DNA of 64,000 nucleotides, taken from positions 62,001 through 126,000 of the forward strand of contig MU057487.1 in NCBI GenBank assembly GCA_013265495.1, read 5' to 3'. The notes under the pieces were generated by a model. The model saw nothing but the letters and a program-made list of their open reading frames with translations. It did not search any database and was not told the DNA's origin. Shown here piece after piece: positions 26,670 through 42,530 of the stretch. The stretch's first letter is position 1, and each line of letters starts with the position of its first letter. The stretch is from Vicugna vicugna (taxonomy: Eukaryota). Position numbers and translations under genes: made by a program.

Positions 26670-29600
26670 AAATCAGTCAGAGACTTCTGCCTGTAAAAGT
26701 AAGAACTAGGGAAAAATGGCAAAGTATATGAAACAGCTGTTTTAGATGTTGAACAAAAGGCAGTGCAGGACTGTAATCTCTGAGAGAAAGAAAACAAACA
26801 AGATGAACAATATGAATGCCATGAATTTTTGCCTATACAGAATTTCTGAACCATTACACAGGGATTGAATCCCAAGTAGAACCCAATTGTCTCACTGACA
26901 GAGGAAACAGAATTCCAAATTTGGGTTTGGATTTGGTTTAGAACAAAGCAACTAGAATTTGTAGGGCCAAATTCCAGAGGTGAGAAAGCCATGCAGAGAA
27001 AGAGGTCCATAAATCTGCATAAAGGTCTCATATTCTTTGGCTTCATGCCAACCTGTAGATGCATAAACTGGAATTTGACAGAGCCATACAAAGAACAAAT
27101 GGCAAGAAAAGAACAATTTCTGAAAACTGTAAGCCAAAGAATTGGCAGTGCTCACACAGAACTGGGAAACATCCGAGTTTCCAGCAGACAGAGTAATGGA
27201 GCATTCAGCAGAGAGCATCTGAGGATCATTGCTTAGTAGTGGGACTAAACTAGCCCTACAGTAAAAGCTATAGCAGACGTGCCCTTATAAACCTTCAAGA
27301 TAAACCTCAAAAGAAACCAACTAATCCGTAAGTAACTTAACTGTCAGCAAAAAGCCAAACTTTCTTCAAAACAATGTAAAACTACAACGTCCAGAATCCA
27401 AACAAAAATCGATAGATATAAAAGTCCATTTCTTTCCCATACACCAGCAATACACAATTGAAATTGAAAATTTAAAAGTTTTTTAATACACATCACTTAA
27501 AATAGCAACACTCCCCCCAAAAAATTTATGTATAAATCTAACAAAACATACACAATCTGTAAATGGAGAAATAACGAAACACTGATAAAAGAAGTCAAAA
27601 AGACCTAATTAAATGGAGGTACCGTCCATGCTTATATGTTAAGAGACTCAATATTAAGATGTCAATTCTTCTGAACTTGATCTCTAGATTCAATGCAATC
27701 CCAAACAGAAATCACAACAAGCTATTTTGTAGGTATCAAAAAATTGATTCCAAAATGTATATGAAAGGCAAAAGACCAAAAAGAGCCAACATAATACTGA
27801 AGAACAAAGTTGGAGGACTCACATAACACTATTTCAAAATTAGTATAAAGCTACAGTAATTAGCACAGTGTGATAATGGTGAAAGAACAGACACATAGAT
27901 CAGTGGAACCAAATAGGGAACTCAGAAATAGACTCATGCAAATATTTTTTTAGTTGACCTACTTTTAATTAAGGTAACTCAAACCAGTAAAAAATGGTGC
28001 TGGAAAAATTGGATGTCCATATGCAAAAAGAAAATAAACAAATAAAAAACAACAACAAAAAAACCTAGACACAGACTTTACACCATCCATAAAATTTAAC
28101 ACAAAATGGATTACAGACCTACATGTAAATGCAAAACTATAAAACTTTTAGAAGATAACACATGAGAAAATTTAGATGACCTTAGATTTGAAGATGAATT
28201 TTTTGACTGAAAACCACAAGCACAATCAATGAAAGAAAGAAATGGTAAATTGAACTCTATTAAAATTAGAAGCTTTACATTATAAAAGACAATGTTAGAA
28301 GAATGAAAAGACAAGTCAGACTGGGAGGAAATTTTTACAAATCACATATCTCTTAAGAACATGTATCCAAAATATACAAAGAGGTCTAAAAAACCAGCAA
28401 TAAGAAAACAAACAACCCAACTGAAAAAGAGAGACCAGATCTGAGCCAACATCCAATTATACAGGTAGTAAATAAGCTTGTGAAAAGATGCTTAACCACA
28501 TTTACTATTAGGGCATTGTTAATTAAAATAATGAGATACCACTACATACCTATTAGAATGGCTAAAATTTTTTTTTAAAAATGAATGAAAGCACTTGATG
28601 AGAATGTGGAGCAATAAGAACTCTCATTCCTTGCTGACGGGAATGAAAAATGCTACGGCCACTTTGAAAGATGGTTGGCAGTTTATTATAAAGCTAAATA
28701 TAGTCTTATTATATGATCCAGCAAACCTACTCCTAGGTATTTACCCAACTGATTTGAAGACTTTAGGTTTATATGCATGTCATATAAACTTGCATGTCAG
28801 TGTTTATAGAAAATTCATTCATAATCACCAAATCTGGAAGCAACCAAGATGTCCTTCAATAGAATGGATAAACTATGAGGCATCCATATAATGGAATACT
28901 ATGAAGCAATAAAAGAAATTACCTGACAAGTCACAAAAAGACATGGGTAGATCCTAAACACATATTACTAAGTGAAAGGAGTCCGTCTGAAAAGCCTCAA
29001 CACTGTTTAATTTAAATTATATAACATTCTGGCAAAAGCAAAACTATAGAGATGGTAAACAGATTAGGGGCTACCAGAAGTTTGAAGCTGGGGAAGGATT
29101 GAATAGACAAAAGACAAGGGAATTTTTAGGGACCTGAAACTATTCTGTATGATATTATAATACTGGGTATGACTGCATTTGCCATAATTCACAGAACTTT
29201 ATATTACAAGCAGTGTATCTGTTCCCCGTGTACATGCACATATATACGTCTTTGTTCTGTCGGCCAAGAGGGCCTACAGGTGGCAATATCCCAGAAACAA
29301 GGAGCATACTTAGTGCCCAGATCTTGGTTTCTAACATGATTCTATGCTAAAACAAACCAGAGCTCTTTGGATGAATTGATGATTTTCGTGTGAGGGCAGG
29401 AAATACAAAAAGAAGAAAAAGAGACTGGAGCACCTCGCAGTACCAAAAAGTAAAAAAGAGCCACAAACAAAGAAAAAAAACCCAACCAACCAACCACACA
29501 CATAACGATGGGGCATCTCAAAGAGATGCTGGAACCACTGAGAGAGTTCTCAGTGGCCAAAGGTGGACCAAACTGAGCAAAAAAATTAATAAAATACTAG

Positions 29601-30725
29601 AGGTGGGGGTGGAGGGTGGATGGGAATGTGGGCAAAATGGGTGAAGGAAGTCAAAAAGTACAAACTTCCAGTTTTAAAATAGATAAGTCATAGGGGTGTA
29701 ATGTACAGCATAGTGACTATAGTGAATAATACTGTATTGCATATTTTAAAGGTACACTGAGAGTGGATCTTAAAAGTTCTCATTACAAGATAAAGTTTCT
29801 AACTACATATGGTGACAAACGTTAACTGGACTTACTATGGAGATCATTTTGCAATATATGCAAATATTGAGCCATTATGTTATATACCTGAAACTAATAT
29901 AATGTTAAATGTCAATTATACCTCAATAAAAAAAATAAATACTGGGATTATAACACAAAGTATAAAATAAATGCCTAAGAATCCATACCAAAATAAAAAA
30001 AAGTGATTGAATAAATAAATAAATGGAGAAAAGATAAATCCCCCATGCAGATGAATTTTAAAAAATTGATGTACTTACCCCACCCTTAAGGAGGTGGAGC
30101 ATAGCTCACCACTTCTAAACTGTGGGCTGTACACAATGAATTCTTTCCAAAGCATACAGTATTGAAAGGGAGGGGAAAAGAGTAACTTCAGAGGGGATAA
30201 AACTGAGAAACACTACCTCAGCCAGGTGATCAAGGTCAGTATCAACAGAGGTAAATCATGTTGATAGCATGTACCCTTGATATGATGTGATGAGAAAGGC
30301 AATTGACCTTTATGATGTTCTTCTCAAAAGCCCATAATCCCAGGTTAATCATGAGAAAAACACCATTAAAATCCCAGTTGAGGAATATTCTACAAAATAC
30401 TTGATGAGATCCTCAGAACTACCAGTCATCTCAGAAACAACTAACGTCTGAGAAACCAACACAGCCATGATGACTAAATGTAATGTGGTGTTGTGGACAG
30501 AGAAAAGGTATGTTGTTAAAAAAAAAAAAACAACTAAATCTGAACGAAGTATGGGCCCTAGTTAATAATAACGTATCAGCATTGGTTAATTAATTTTGAC
30601 AAGTATATCATGCTAATATAAAGTGTAAACAATAGAAAAAGCTGGGTATGGAGTATATGGGAACTCTGTACAATCTTTGCAACTTTCCTGTACATCCAAA
30701 ACCATTCCAAACACAGTTAAATTTT
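26670..30725 (+). mobile_element. Long decayed old L1 (L1MC-type): 5' region, ORF2 remnants and long 3'UTR
   Basis: ORF2 remnants at 27420-28900 (YDPANLLLGIYP, WKQPRCPS). L1MC-like 3'UTR motifs gtgcccagatcttggtttcta and ccaggtgatcaaggtcagtatcaac. Confidence 0.8.
29601..29935 (+). mobile_element. L1MA-type 3'UTR fragment nested in the L1MC 3'UTR
   Basis: aaaagtacaaacttccagtt...gatcttaaaagttctca...cctgaaactaatataatg, flanked by aataaaatactag / aataaatactgg. Confidence 0.8.
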
Positions 30726-32799
30726 TAAATATACATGCAATATGGTCCAAAATGTGTAAAAATAAAATACACAAATAAAGCTCGATTATGTTGGGGTTGG
30801 GGAGACATGAAAAGAAGCAGAAAAGTATTATTAATAACCAATAGGAAAATTAGTCAGTAGAAATCAGACCCAAATATAAAACAGGTATAAGGGAACTAGA
30901 AGATAAAGACTCTAGCTGCATGTTCAATGTGATCTAGAATTTAAAGAAAAACATAAACTAAATAAGAACAAAAGGAAAATATGCAAAAGAGTACTGAATG
31001 GAACTTTCAGAGGATAAAAATACAATATCTGAAAAGAAAATTTCACTGGATGAGATTAATAACAGATTGCAGATTACACTCTGCAGAAAGCCTCAACGTC
31101 CTCATTTGCACAGCAGGCAAATGAATATCTTCCTTCTCACAGTGTTGTTGTAGAGGACAAAGGATATGCTACTTGAAAGCACCTAAGAAGTAATTAGCAC
31201 ATGACAGATACTTAAGAAAAACTTCCATCTTTCTCTTTGTGCTTCAGTCAGTCAACCAGTATTTACTGAGCAGCTACCATGTGCCAGTTACAATCACAGA
31301 ATATAAAAGGGTGAAGAAAGTAGACATAGTCCCTATCTTCATAGAGGTCACAGTCTGGAAAGAAGGTATATACTACACAAATAAACAAATAAATATTGTA
31401 TTTAATATCTGCAAAGGCTTAACTAAGTGCAATACAACAAGGTGTACCCGTACGTGTGTTGAGAGGTGGGAAGTGTTCTGGCAAAGTTACTGCTTTCTAG
31501 ATACAAAGAGATACCCGTGGCTCACGCTTCCATGTTTCCCTCTCCTCCCTTATTCCACTGAATGCAGGTGTGATGATTGGAGCGGCAGCGGTTGCCTTGA
31601 GGGAAAAGCCAAGAAAATGCAACGGCCCCTCACCTGACGTCTGTGCGCTGTGGACTAGCACCACTATCACGTACCTGTGAATTTTTCACAGCAGAAAACC
31701 CTTCTTTGTTTAAGGAACTGTTTGTTGTATTTTCTGTTAACTTACATTCCAAACTGCTCCTGAAACAGCACACACTTCTTGGGGCTGGGAGAGCGTTCTT
31801 CCTCTCTACTTCAAGAAGTGTTTGTTGTTGGAAATGCTCATCGCACTCCCACTTCCTTGGCAAGAGTGGTTCCAGCAAGGTGAATTCTAATCCTCCCCCC
31901 CGATTTTTCTAACTCAAGCTGGCAGGGAAGGCTATCTTTTTCTTCTCTGATTCTAAGTATGTAAGCCTGCAGCCCACTGGGGAATCTAGCTTGGTAGAGT
32001 CTATTAGCTTCAGAGAACGAAGCTGGTACCTGAGAAAAGCAACAGTGTGAGGAGAGGGGAGAGGCTGGAGGGCAAGTGAGGAAGGAGGCTGGACCCCACC
32101 CATCTTCAGTTTGATTCCACGAGTTAATAATAGTTCTTTTTTTAGGCCTGATCATACTCAGTTTTTAATCACTTGCAACCAGAGTCCAAGCCAATATAAA
32201 TTAATGTTGAGTTTAAACTGTAATGATATAAGGAGAGGACCAGGAGCTGGGAGAAAAGATAAGAAGGTAGTTAGGAAACACTTTTGAAAAAGCAACATGT
32301 AAGAAGAGACTTAACAAATAAAGAGACACCAACCTGGAGAAGAGCAGAAGGAAAGGCTTCCCACTGCCTCCTCCCACCCCACCCTGTCCCCAACATGAAA
32401 TAAGCTTGCTCTAAACACAGGAGGGATTTCCTGGAAAGGGCCCTAGCATGGGTGTAGGGGCTCGAGATCTAGTGCAACAGATCCTGAGATGTCCTTGGAC
32501 CCACCAACAGACCTGGGGGCAAGAGAAAAAGCTAACTCCACTCAGGAATAAAACAGACTGAAAACCTCTCCCCACAGTAAAGTGCTTGTTGGTTTGGTCT
32601 GGTTTTACTTCGCTAATGATACAGACCTGGAGTCTGCTGGAGCCCCGGCCACAAACCGTAAGGAGGGAAACTTTCCCCTCCACAAAATCTGCCAAATTAC
32701 ACAGTATGCCATGAGTGTCCACTCATTTAGAGGAGATTTTGGATAAACATAAGCAACTTCAACAGGAAACCAGCACAGCTGCCTGTATAAATCAACAGA

Positions 32800-35250
32800 T
32801 CCTTTATTCATAAAAACGAATGGTCACCGCGGGATTACCAGATATTTGAGGAACACCTTTAGCTTAAAAAATTTTGACTACAGAAGGGAAAAAAAAGTTA
32901 ATGCAAGGCAAAAACAACTTTTAATCAATTCTATTTAATGTCCTCATAAAGATTCAGGTATAAATAGAATCCACAGAGGAAGAAAAATAAGCTCTGGAAA
33001 AGAAATCAGAGAATAACAGAAAAATGTGGGAGATTAAAAATATGATTGCCAAAAATAAAAAAAAATCTAGTAAGAAATAAATGATAGAATGGCTAGTATT
33101 AAAAATCAAATAGTTGCAAACACTTACTGCTATATATAAAATAAACAATGAGTTTATACTGTATAGCACAGGGAACTATATTCAATATCTTGTAGTAATG
33201 TATAATGAAAAAGAATGTGAAAAGGAATATATGTATGAATCTGTATGACAGAAATGTCATGCTGTACACCAGAAATTGGCACAACATTGTAAACTGACTA
33301 TAATTCAAGAAAAAAGAAAAAAGAAAAAAATCCTACCAAAGAATTTAAAAAATAATAATAAATTAAAAAATAAAATAAAAACCAAATAGTAATCTGGAAA
33401 CACCAGTTAGGGAAATCTATGCAAACAAAAGATGGAAAATACATGAGAAAAGTTAAGAGATACTCACATAAAAGCAGAAGGGACAACATATGGCTAAGGA
33501 CATCTCAGAGGAAAGAACAGAAAAAACAGAGAGGAGGAAATAAAGAAATAGAAAATTTCCGTAAGTTGAAAAAAACAGTTTCTGAAATTGAAAAAGTCAA
33601 CCAATTGTCAGTGATATGAACAACAACAAAAAAGACAGATATATCCTGGTAAAGTAGTGTAAGGGAAAGTTTAAAAGCTTCAAAAGAGGAAAAAAACAAA
33701 CAAAAAAAACCCAAAAAACAAAATAGAGTGAGTGCCTACAAAGAAACGCCATTCGTTTGACATCAGAATTATTAACTACAGTGGATGCTAGAAGCTCCTG
33801 AGGCAGTGCCTTCAAAAGGAAAATTATTTTGAGACTAAAATACTCTACCAAATGATTAATCAAGTGTGAAAGCAAAAGAAAGGCTTATAAGGACTCCCTA
33901 CTTACTATTTCCTCAAAGTTATTTGAGGATACAATCCAATGAAATGATTAAGGTACTTAAGAAAGCGAAAAATGTGGAATCCAAAACAATACAACTAACA
34001 CAGGAGTTCAATGAAAAAAACAATAAAAGTCCCAGATAGCTGTGCTCAGAAAGTTATATATCAGTGCAAATTAGAATATCCCAGTTCTTCAAGGAAAAGA
34101 ATGCCTTCAAAAAGTAAGGAATTTGTATTTATCAAATAGGGCAATTAAGCTAGGTAATTTTGAGGATAAATGGGCTGTTTCTGTTTTTTTTTTTTAAAAA
34201 GTAACTAGATAGTATGAACTTGTACAAAAAAAAAGGAACTAGAAATATTAAAACAAGGTGTAGAAGAGCATCACCACCCAAATATAAAGTAAAATGTCAT
34301 TTTAAATAAATCTGAACATGACTTATTATGTAAGAGAAGAGAGTTTTTCCTCCTGGTACACAGGTTTCATATCAGAATTATATTTCTTTTTTTTATGAGT
34401 CTAATTGCACTACTTGGCTCTGTACTAAGTAATTATTTCCTAACCATAATAGCAAAAATAGTAATAACTAACACTTATTTAACACTTAATATGTCCCACT
34501 CAAAGCTCTTTAGATTTATTAGCCAGATTAGTCTTTTCAGCAACAGCACAGGAAGGTTAAGTGACTTGTCCAAGTTCACACACTGGCTGGTGAAGCCAGG
34601 AATTCTGGCTCTATAATCACTGCTCTTAAACACTGGCTTTGCTGCTTCTCATAATGCTCTTTGTTAACTTACAATTCTTAGAACCAACCTATCAGTCTAA
34701 AACAAGAAGGTGTAGTAACAATTATAAAACAGAGTATGAATTTTATAGAACTTAATGGAGAAATAATGATTAACCCAAGTAGGGAGGAAAGGAATGTGCA
34801 GGTGAGCTATTCTTATCCTTTTATATAGGAGTAACTTTCTATATAACGTAAGTACAATACAGAACTTTCTATATAATAGAAAGTCAACAGTCAACTCCAT
34901 ATATATAATTTAAAATAAAAATCAGCAGGGAGGAGAGATAATAAACGAGCTAAATTCCTCATATTTCATAGCAAATGTGATGGTTAATTTTATAGGTATC
35001 AGCAGCTGTCAATATTTTAATTTAATAATAATAATAATTTAATAAATTATATATAACTCTCAGAAAATCTAAAAACAGAAAAGTTCAAGTTGATACCTTA
35101 AAGAAATAATAATATAAGCAAATTATGCAGAACTTTGGGAGGAATATCAGAAACACTAAAAATAGAAAAGGAGGACTGGGAAAGGGGGAGAGCTTTGTTG
35201 TTAGCCATCTTAATTTTTATTAAGATTATCAGACATTACTTTTTTATGAA
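32800..35250 (+). mobile_element. HAL1/L1ME-like fossil carrying nested L1 tail and MIR fragments
   Basis: ggattaccagatatttgaggaa; A-rich ORF1-like stretch (gatgctagaag...gccttcaaa). Confidence 0.55.
33115..33376 (+). mobile_element. Short young L1 tail insertion
   Basis: tatagcacagggaactatattcaatatcttgta. TSD AAAAATCAAATAGT (33101-33114) / AAAAACCAAATAGT (33377-33390). Confidence 0.9.
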
Positions 35251-35540
35251 AAAAATTACATAAAACTACTAATAGTAATACCCTGTAAAGAAGGGCATAA
35301 TTGATGAGAGTACCTTTCTATTCTGATATGGCAACACAAAGGACAATAAATGTCCCCAGACCAGAAATCAGAGCATTATCTCAACTGCCATTTATTTGGG
35401 ATTTTTTTTAATCCAAAAAAAGAGATAAATGCATTAACTCACTCTCTACGAAGATGGGGGAAAAAATTAAGTAGCACGATGTGGTTTTTGGACTAGCGAA
35501 AAGTTTAGCTTCACCGGTTGGGCCATTTTTTAGTGAATTA

Positions 35541-36570
<1,030 letters not shown>

Positions 36571-38144
36571 CCCCAATTTTCCAGTCATTTTTGCGAAAGA
36601 CTCGAAATGATCTTTGTGAGGATCATAAGAAAAAGAGAATGGCATGTAGAAGGCAGCCTCCACAACAAGGAAGTTGAGGAAGGATCCTGCACTTTATCTG
36701 GAGCGCTCTGCACCTTAAACAGGTCCCTCACTCTGTGGAGCTCAGGTTCTTATCGGTAAACTGAGGGTAAAAAAATAATGATCTTAAAGACTCTGCCAGC
36801 TCTAAAGGTTCTCTGATGGGTGGAAGAGGCGCCATTCAGAACCAAGAGCGGATGCAAAAACACTAAATACTTTTCCCTTGCCTAGACCAATCTGATGCCC
36901 GCAATGACAAATGGTCACGTTCTCTTCCAAAATATGGTAATATTTTTCGTATGGGTAAAATGGGTTTAGAGTAAATATTTTCAAGCCTTTCCAGAGTAAA
37001 ACAAAACAAAAACAGTAATTCTATGACCGCAAACAGATGACTTTTAGAATTTTTAAATGGCATAAAATAAAACACTTTGCTTAAAATTTGCTTTAGGTAA
37101 AAGTCAGCAGTGTTTTAAAACAGTTTAGTGTCCAGAAACACGGGCTTATAGCTATTTCGTCAGAAGAAAACTATTTACATGAGGGAGGCGGGGAGTTTTA
37201 ATTTTGTTCACTGCCTTAAGAAAACCAACTGTCTTGTTAACATAGTTGTTAGTTTTTGATTCTTTATTAAAATCGTTCTCCTGTTCTTAACATTTTTATA
37301 TTCACCAGCACTTAACATAATAATCTCTTATGTGAACGAAAGACACACAAAGACACATTTTTGCCAGTATTTGAAAGCTTGTGAAACATAATGGGGGGGG
37401 GGCAAAATTTCATGCATTCACAACATCACAGATAAAACAGAAGTATAAAAATGTAAACTGTACAAACTCATTCACTCTGTGGAACAGTAAACTATTAATA
37501 CACTTTACTTTTAAATATTGATATTCCACTCAATGTTTGGTTAGTTGCTAAGCTTAAGAATAAACATAAAGAAAAAATGTGAAGACAGCAGGGCTGGCCA
37601 GACATAGCTGATACAGTAGATGTTAAACCACAGTGGTGAGTGACTCAGTTTATTAAAATTGCTGTTAGAAAATATTCTTAGAATATTTTTAGGAAAATAA
37701 GAGTCATTTGGCCATTCAAGGACCCTGGAAGCTGACAGTTCAGAACTTTTGTGTTTTGCCATGCTACCTGTGTTGTATGCTTTCTAAATGGCATTTCCCT
37801 CTCCCACCAGCTCTTCCAAAGGGAGTACTGCCCATTTGGTAGATAAAACAGTAACAAAAAAAAAGAAAACAGTGTACTTGTTCAACAGACATTATTTCTT
37901 TTTCTCCTGTCTCCTCATAAAGAAGTTGAGTAATTTTAACAGTTGGAAGCACCCTTTTAAGCCCCTAAACCAAATATATAACAGCTTATTTTATGGCATG
38001 GATTTACATACAGTGCAAATGTGATGGCTACATTGTGCCCAAATAAAATGCACTTGGAAAGAGAGAAATACCAAAATATGGATTAAAAGACATATTTCAA
38101 AGTCTCAATCATACTTTGTCAATCATTTGAATTTATTAACGGTG

Positions 38145-38340
38145 ATAATTATAACAGCTATTGAGCCCTTTTTATGTGCCAGACACATGGTTTCATATTC
38201 ATATTAGCTCATTTAATTCTCTCACCAATTCTGTGAGATAACTGCAATTGTTATCCCCAATTTTATATGTGAGAAAACAGGGGAAAAAAAGGTCCAGTTA
38301 ACAGCCTACAGCCAGGAAAGGGCAGAGTCAGGTGCTAAAA
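38145..38340 (-). mobile_element. MIR SINE
   Basis: tatgtgccagacac...ctcatttaattctc...ttatccccaattttatatgtgagaaaacagg. Confidence 0.75.
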
Positions 38341-41089
38341 GACGTCTATTCAGCTTATATAGTTGAAGACATAATACAGGATTTGATTTCTGATAAGGAA
38401 ATCATTTACAGAATGCAATTTAATCTCAGCATGTTTAAATGTTATTCTCCATTAGTTCTTAATAAAAAACCGAAAACGAACTTTCTGTAATTATTTCCTG
38501 TAACTAACTTCATGCTTAGGAATGATGGAACAGATGAATCACAAGTGGCCGTCTACACTGATCAATGAGTCTGTAAAGACATAAATAACTTGGTATTTAA
38601 AGTGGATTTGACCTTAGGTCCTACAAAATGGTCATTTTTATGTCAATATGCCTATCTTGTTGGCAGTAGAAACACAGATTTAAGAAGGCAAGGTGAAAAA
38701 AGTTTACCAATTATTAAGCTGTCTTATTCCCAGCTCTTTTTTGTTAGAGTTCTCCATATGAGATTTCTTTTTACATTTCAATGAAACTTGATACTTATTA
38801 GAAGGGATTATTTATGAAATCCATTTGGGATCAGATTCTTGATGCTATGAAGACAAGCTGAATTTAGAGCAAGAATTAGCTCAGTAGAGTAACATTAATT
38901 CTGATAATAATTTTTAAAAGGCTCAACTAATTTGTTGTCATTGGATTTCATTTCTGTAGTGCTATCTTATATATAACTACAATATTTCTTGAAGTCTGGG
39001 TGATAGATTTAAATTTAGAGTTTCAGGATCCAATTCAAATCCCCCTCAGGGAAAGCCATTACTTGGATCTCTGGTAATTTATGTTTTCTGAAATAATCTT
39101 CCACTGGTGAGTGAGTTGTCATAAATCTTTCCTTATAATATTGTGTATGTATATGCACACTCACTGATATAACCCATATTTCATCCATTAGGAACCATTG
39201 TAAGTATTAGTTTATTACTTGTCAGAACACACTGAGTTAAATGTACCTATATTATTTGCAATTTTGTAGCCAAATAAATAAATAAAAGCAAAAACAAAGA
39301 AACAAAACCTTCCAGAGGGAACCTGAATAACTTCTAAATGTTTGCATATTGCAGCTGACTTTTTTTTCTGGGTTGGAAAATTGTAGGTTAGGCTACTTGA
39401 AATCCCTTTGAGGATCTGGAGCGATAGAAGGATTCGAGCTATGCTAACTAAGGCTTTGTTCAAAAATCCCACAACATTTCTCAACTATTTAAAAAATCCA
39501 TGTCCCTTTTTGATGTATATAAAAAATCTTCTGTCTCCAGGAGATTCCAGTAATTCCACTTCCCACCCCACACAGTCATAGGGAGGTCCTGCATTTCCAG
39601 TGCATCACCAGCACACATGCTTATGTGTCATACTTATTTCTCTGTAATGTATACAATAAAAATGTTAATTGTTAAACATGCTCCAAGGATAAAATTACAA
39701 TGAAACCTATGCCTTTTCAAAGACACTGACTCTGCCCCCTCCCTCACACATCCCATCCCACTCTCAGCACTGTAAAACCCACACCTCCTCCCCACACTTC
39801 TCGATACTCAACAGGTCAGTCAGGCCCAGGTTCTGTTAGGCAATGACCTCAACTGACTTTTCCTCGGGAAAGTAGAATGTCACGCCAGGTGGCTGGACCT
39901 TGAGGTTAGAGACACCAGCTTAGAGCTTCCTTCCACAGTAAAAAGAGCCTCCTGGGTCTGGGGTAACTTGAATGGCAGGCTAGTTAACACCTTTCTCAGA
40001 GAGGGCAGAGGGCCCAATCACTCAACCCTTGGGAATAAAAGAGTAGTGGCTGGAAGGGATGCTTTGAAACTCCCAAGGGAACTTTCAAAGAGTTTGAGAA
40101 AAAAAGAAAAGAGGTTAGCTGAAAGGAGAGCGGGCTCATTTATACTTAAATGAAGGATGGAGACTGAGGTGGGGAAGAAGGGTAATGGGGGTTGGGGGGG
40201 GTCGGGGGACCTGACAATACTTTTTAAGAATTTGAACACTCTAATTCATCCTTTGCTTATTTTTCCTAAGCATTCCATGTGCTTATATTAAGGATAGAAG
40301 TATTTTAAACATGAAACTGTTCAGGGTGCCTGTTTCTGAGATGGAGAGTGGACAGCAGGCAGAAGGTTGGTTTGAAGACCTTCCTTTACTTCACCAGCAG
40401 CGGGACAAAGAACAGGATCCCAGAGAAGGTAAGCACTGGTGCGACTGTAAGCTGGGCTGAAAGCCCACTGGCCTTTAGCAGGAAACAGAGGATAAAGTCT
40501 GGGCTCCCCCCAGTCTCTAGTTCTTACTATGACCTCAGAGATTCCATGGAAATGCAAAAATAGGTTAGAAGGAGGGGGTATCTTCACATTTTAATTAGTG
40601 GAACCAGCCACTTATTTAAAGATATGTACTCATTCAAGCATGCACCACCATAGACATTGTCAAAGTATAATTTTCCATAATGAATCTAATGTAAATTAAT
40701 GAGAGAACCAAAAGGATGGTAAAGATGGTTCAAAAAGAATTCAAGATGCAATGTATATTGATGCTGAAAGACTGAAGATTACTAGGTTAGATACACAATT
40801 GATTAATTTCCTACTGAGCAATAAAACTGTGACCTTTGGGTTTATTCTACCACACAGAAATCACTTGCCTCTTTAACAGATTTATAAAATTTTACCTATG
40901 ACTTTGGGAGTAGGGCTCTAATCATTGATAAACAGTAGCATGAATCAAGGCATGAATAATCTCATTATAAAAGGAAATAACTCTCTAATGGATCTGGTGG
41001 GTGCTGCTCCAGCCTGCCTGACATGCAGTCAACCTTGCACCTTACTTCTAAATTTTGAATAATTTTTCTTAACAATATATAATAATAAT

Positions 41090-41305
41090 AGTAATTTCTC
41101 ATTTATGGATCTCCTGTCTACCGTGAGGTTGGCACTGTGCTGGGTTATCTTACTTAACCCTCTCCGCATTTCCATGGTGTTGTTATGATCTCCATTCTAC
41201 AGAAGAAAGACAGAAGTTTTAAAACATCAACTGATTTGCCTAAGGCCATACAACCAATGAACGACAGAGCTAGGAATTGTACCCAAGAATATCTCTCCAG
41301 CCAGG
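41090..41305 (-). mobile_element. MIR SINE
   Basis: atctccattctacagaagaaag...gatttgcctaaggccatacaacc...agagctagga. Confidence 0.7.
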
Positions 41306-41589
41306 GATTCAGCCTTGGGTTATGCAGCTCAGATACTGCGCACAAGCACTGGGCTGAAGGGGTCAGTGGGGTGGAATGCTGCCCATGCTCCACTTGCAAA
41401 GCCTTTTGCTCTGGGTGCTCTGTTCTTCCCATGAAATGCCTGCTCCTTGGTAAGCCTGGTGCCGCATGTACATAAAGCCATGGGGCCTGTGAGTGCCCAG
41501 GGGTGACACATCTCACTATTTCCCTCTCCCAGAGGGAAACATTCCCAATTCCCACTAAGGAATATACAAGTTAAAGCCCTGATTACAAA

Positions 41590-42530
41590 AGTTTGAAAAA
41601 AAAACCTGATTAAAAGATGGACAGAAGAAATGAATAGACATCTTTCCAAAGAGGAAATGCAGATGGCCAACAGGCTTGTGAAAAGATGCTTAACATGGCT
41701 AACCATCAAGGATGCAAATCAAAACCACAGTGAGATCTTACCTCATACCTGTCAGAATGGCCATCATCAAAAAAGAACACAAATAATAAAGGCTGGCAAG
41801 GATGTGGAGAAAAGGAAAGCCTCCTATATTGTTGGTGGAAATGTAAATTGGTGCAGCCACTATGGAAAACAGTGTGGAAATTTCTCAAAAAAACAAAAAT
41901 AGAACTATCATATGACCAGCAATTCCGCTCCTGGTTATATAACCAAAAAAAAACCCAAAAACCCAAACTCTAATTTGAAAAGATACATGCACCCCAGTGT
42001 TCATAGCAGCATTATTTACAACTGCCAAGATATTCAAGCCACCTAAGTGTCCATCAACAGATGAATGGATAAAGAAGATGTGATGTTTACATACAATGGA
42101 ATACTACTCAGCCATAAAAAAGAGTGAAATAAAGCCATTTGCAGCAACATGGATGTATTTAGAGGGCATTGTACCAAGTGAAGTGTCAAACAGAGAAATG
42201 CAAATATTGTATAACTTATATGTGGAATCTAAAATACACAACAAACTAGTGAATATAACAGAAAAAAAAAAAAGAAACAGACTCACAGATATAGAGAACA
42301 AATTAATGGTTGCCAGAGGAGAGAGTGGAGGGGGAGGGGCAATATAGGATTTTAAGAGGTACAAACTATTAGATATAAACCAAGCTACAAGGATATATTG
42401 TACAACACAGGGAATACAGCCAATATTTTATAGTAACTATAAATGGAGTACAACCTATAAAAATCTGAATCACTATATTGTACACCAGTAACATATAATA
42501 CTGTACATCAACTATACTTCAATTTTAAAA
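41590..42530 (+). mobile_element. L1 ORF2 C-terminus and 3'UTR
   Basis: ORFs MNRHLSKEEMQMANRLVKRC and MEYYSAIKKSEIKPFAATWM; ends ...tcaactatacttcaatt. Confidence 0.95.
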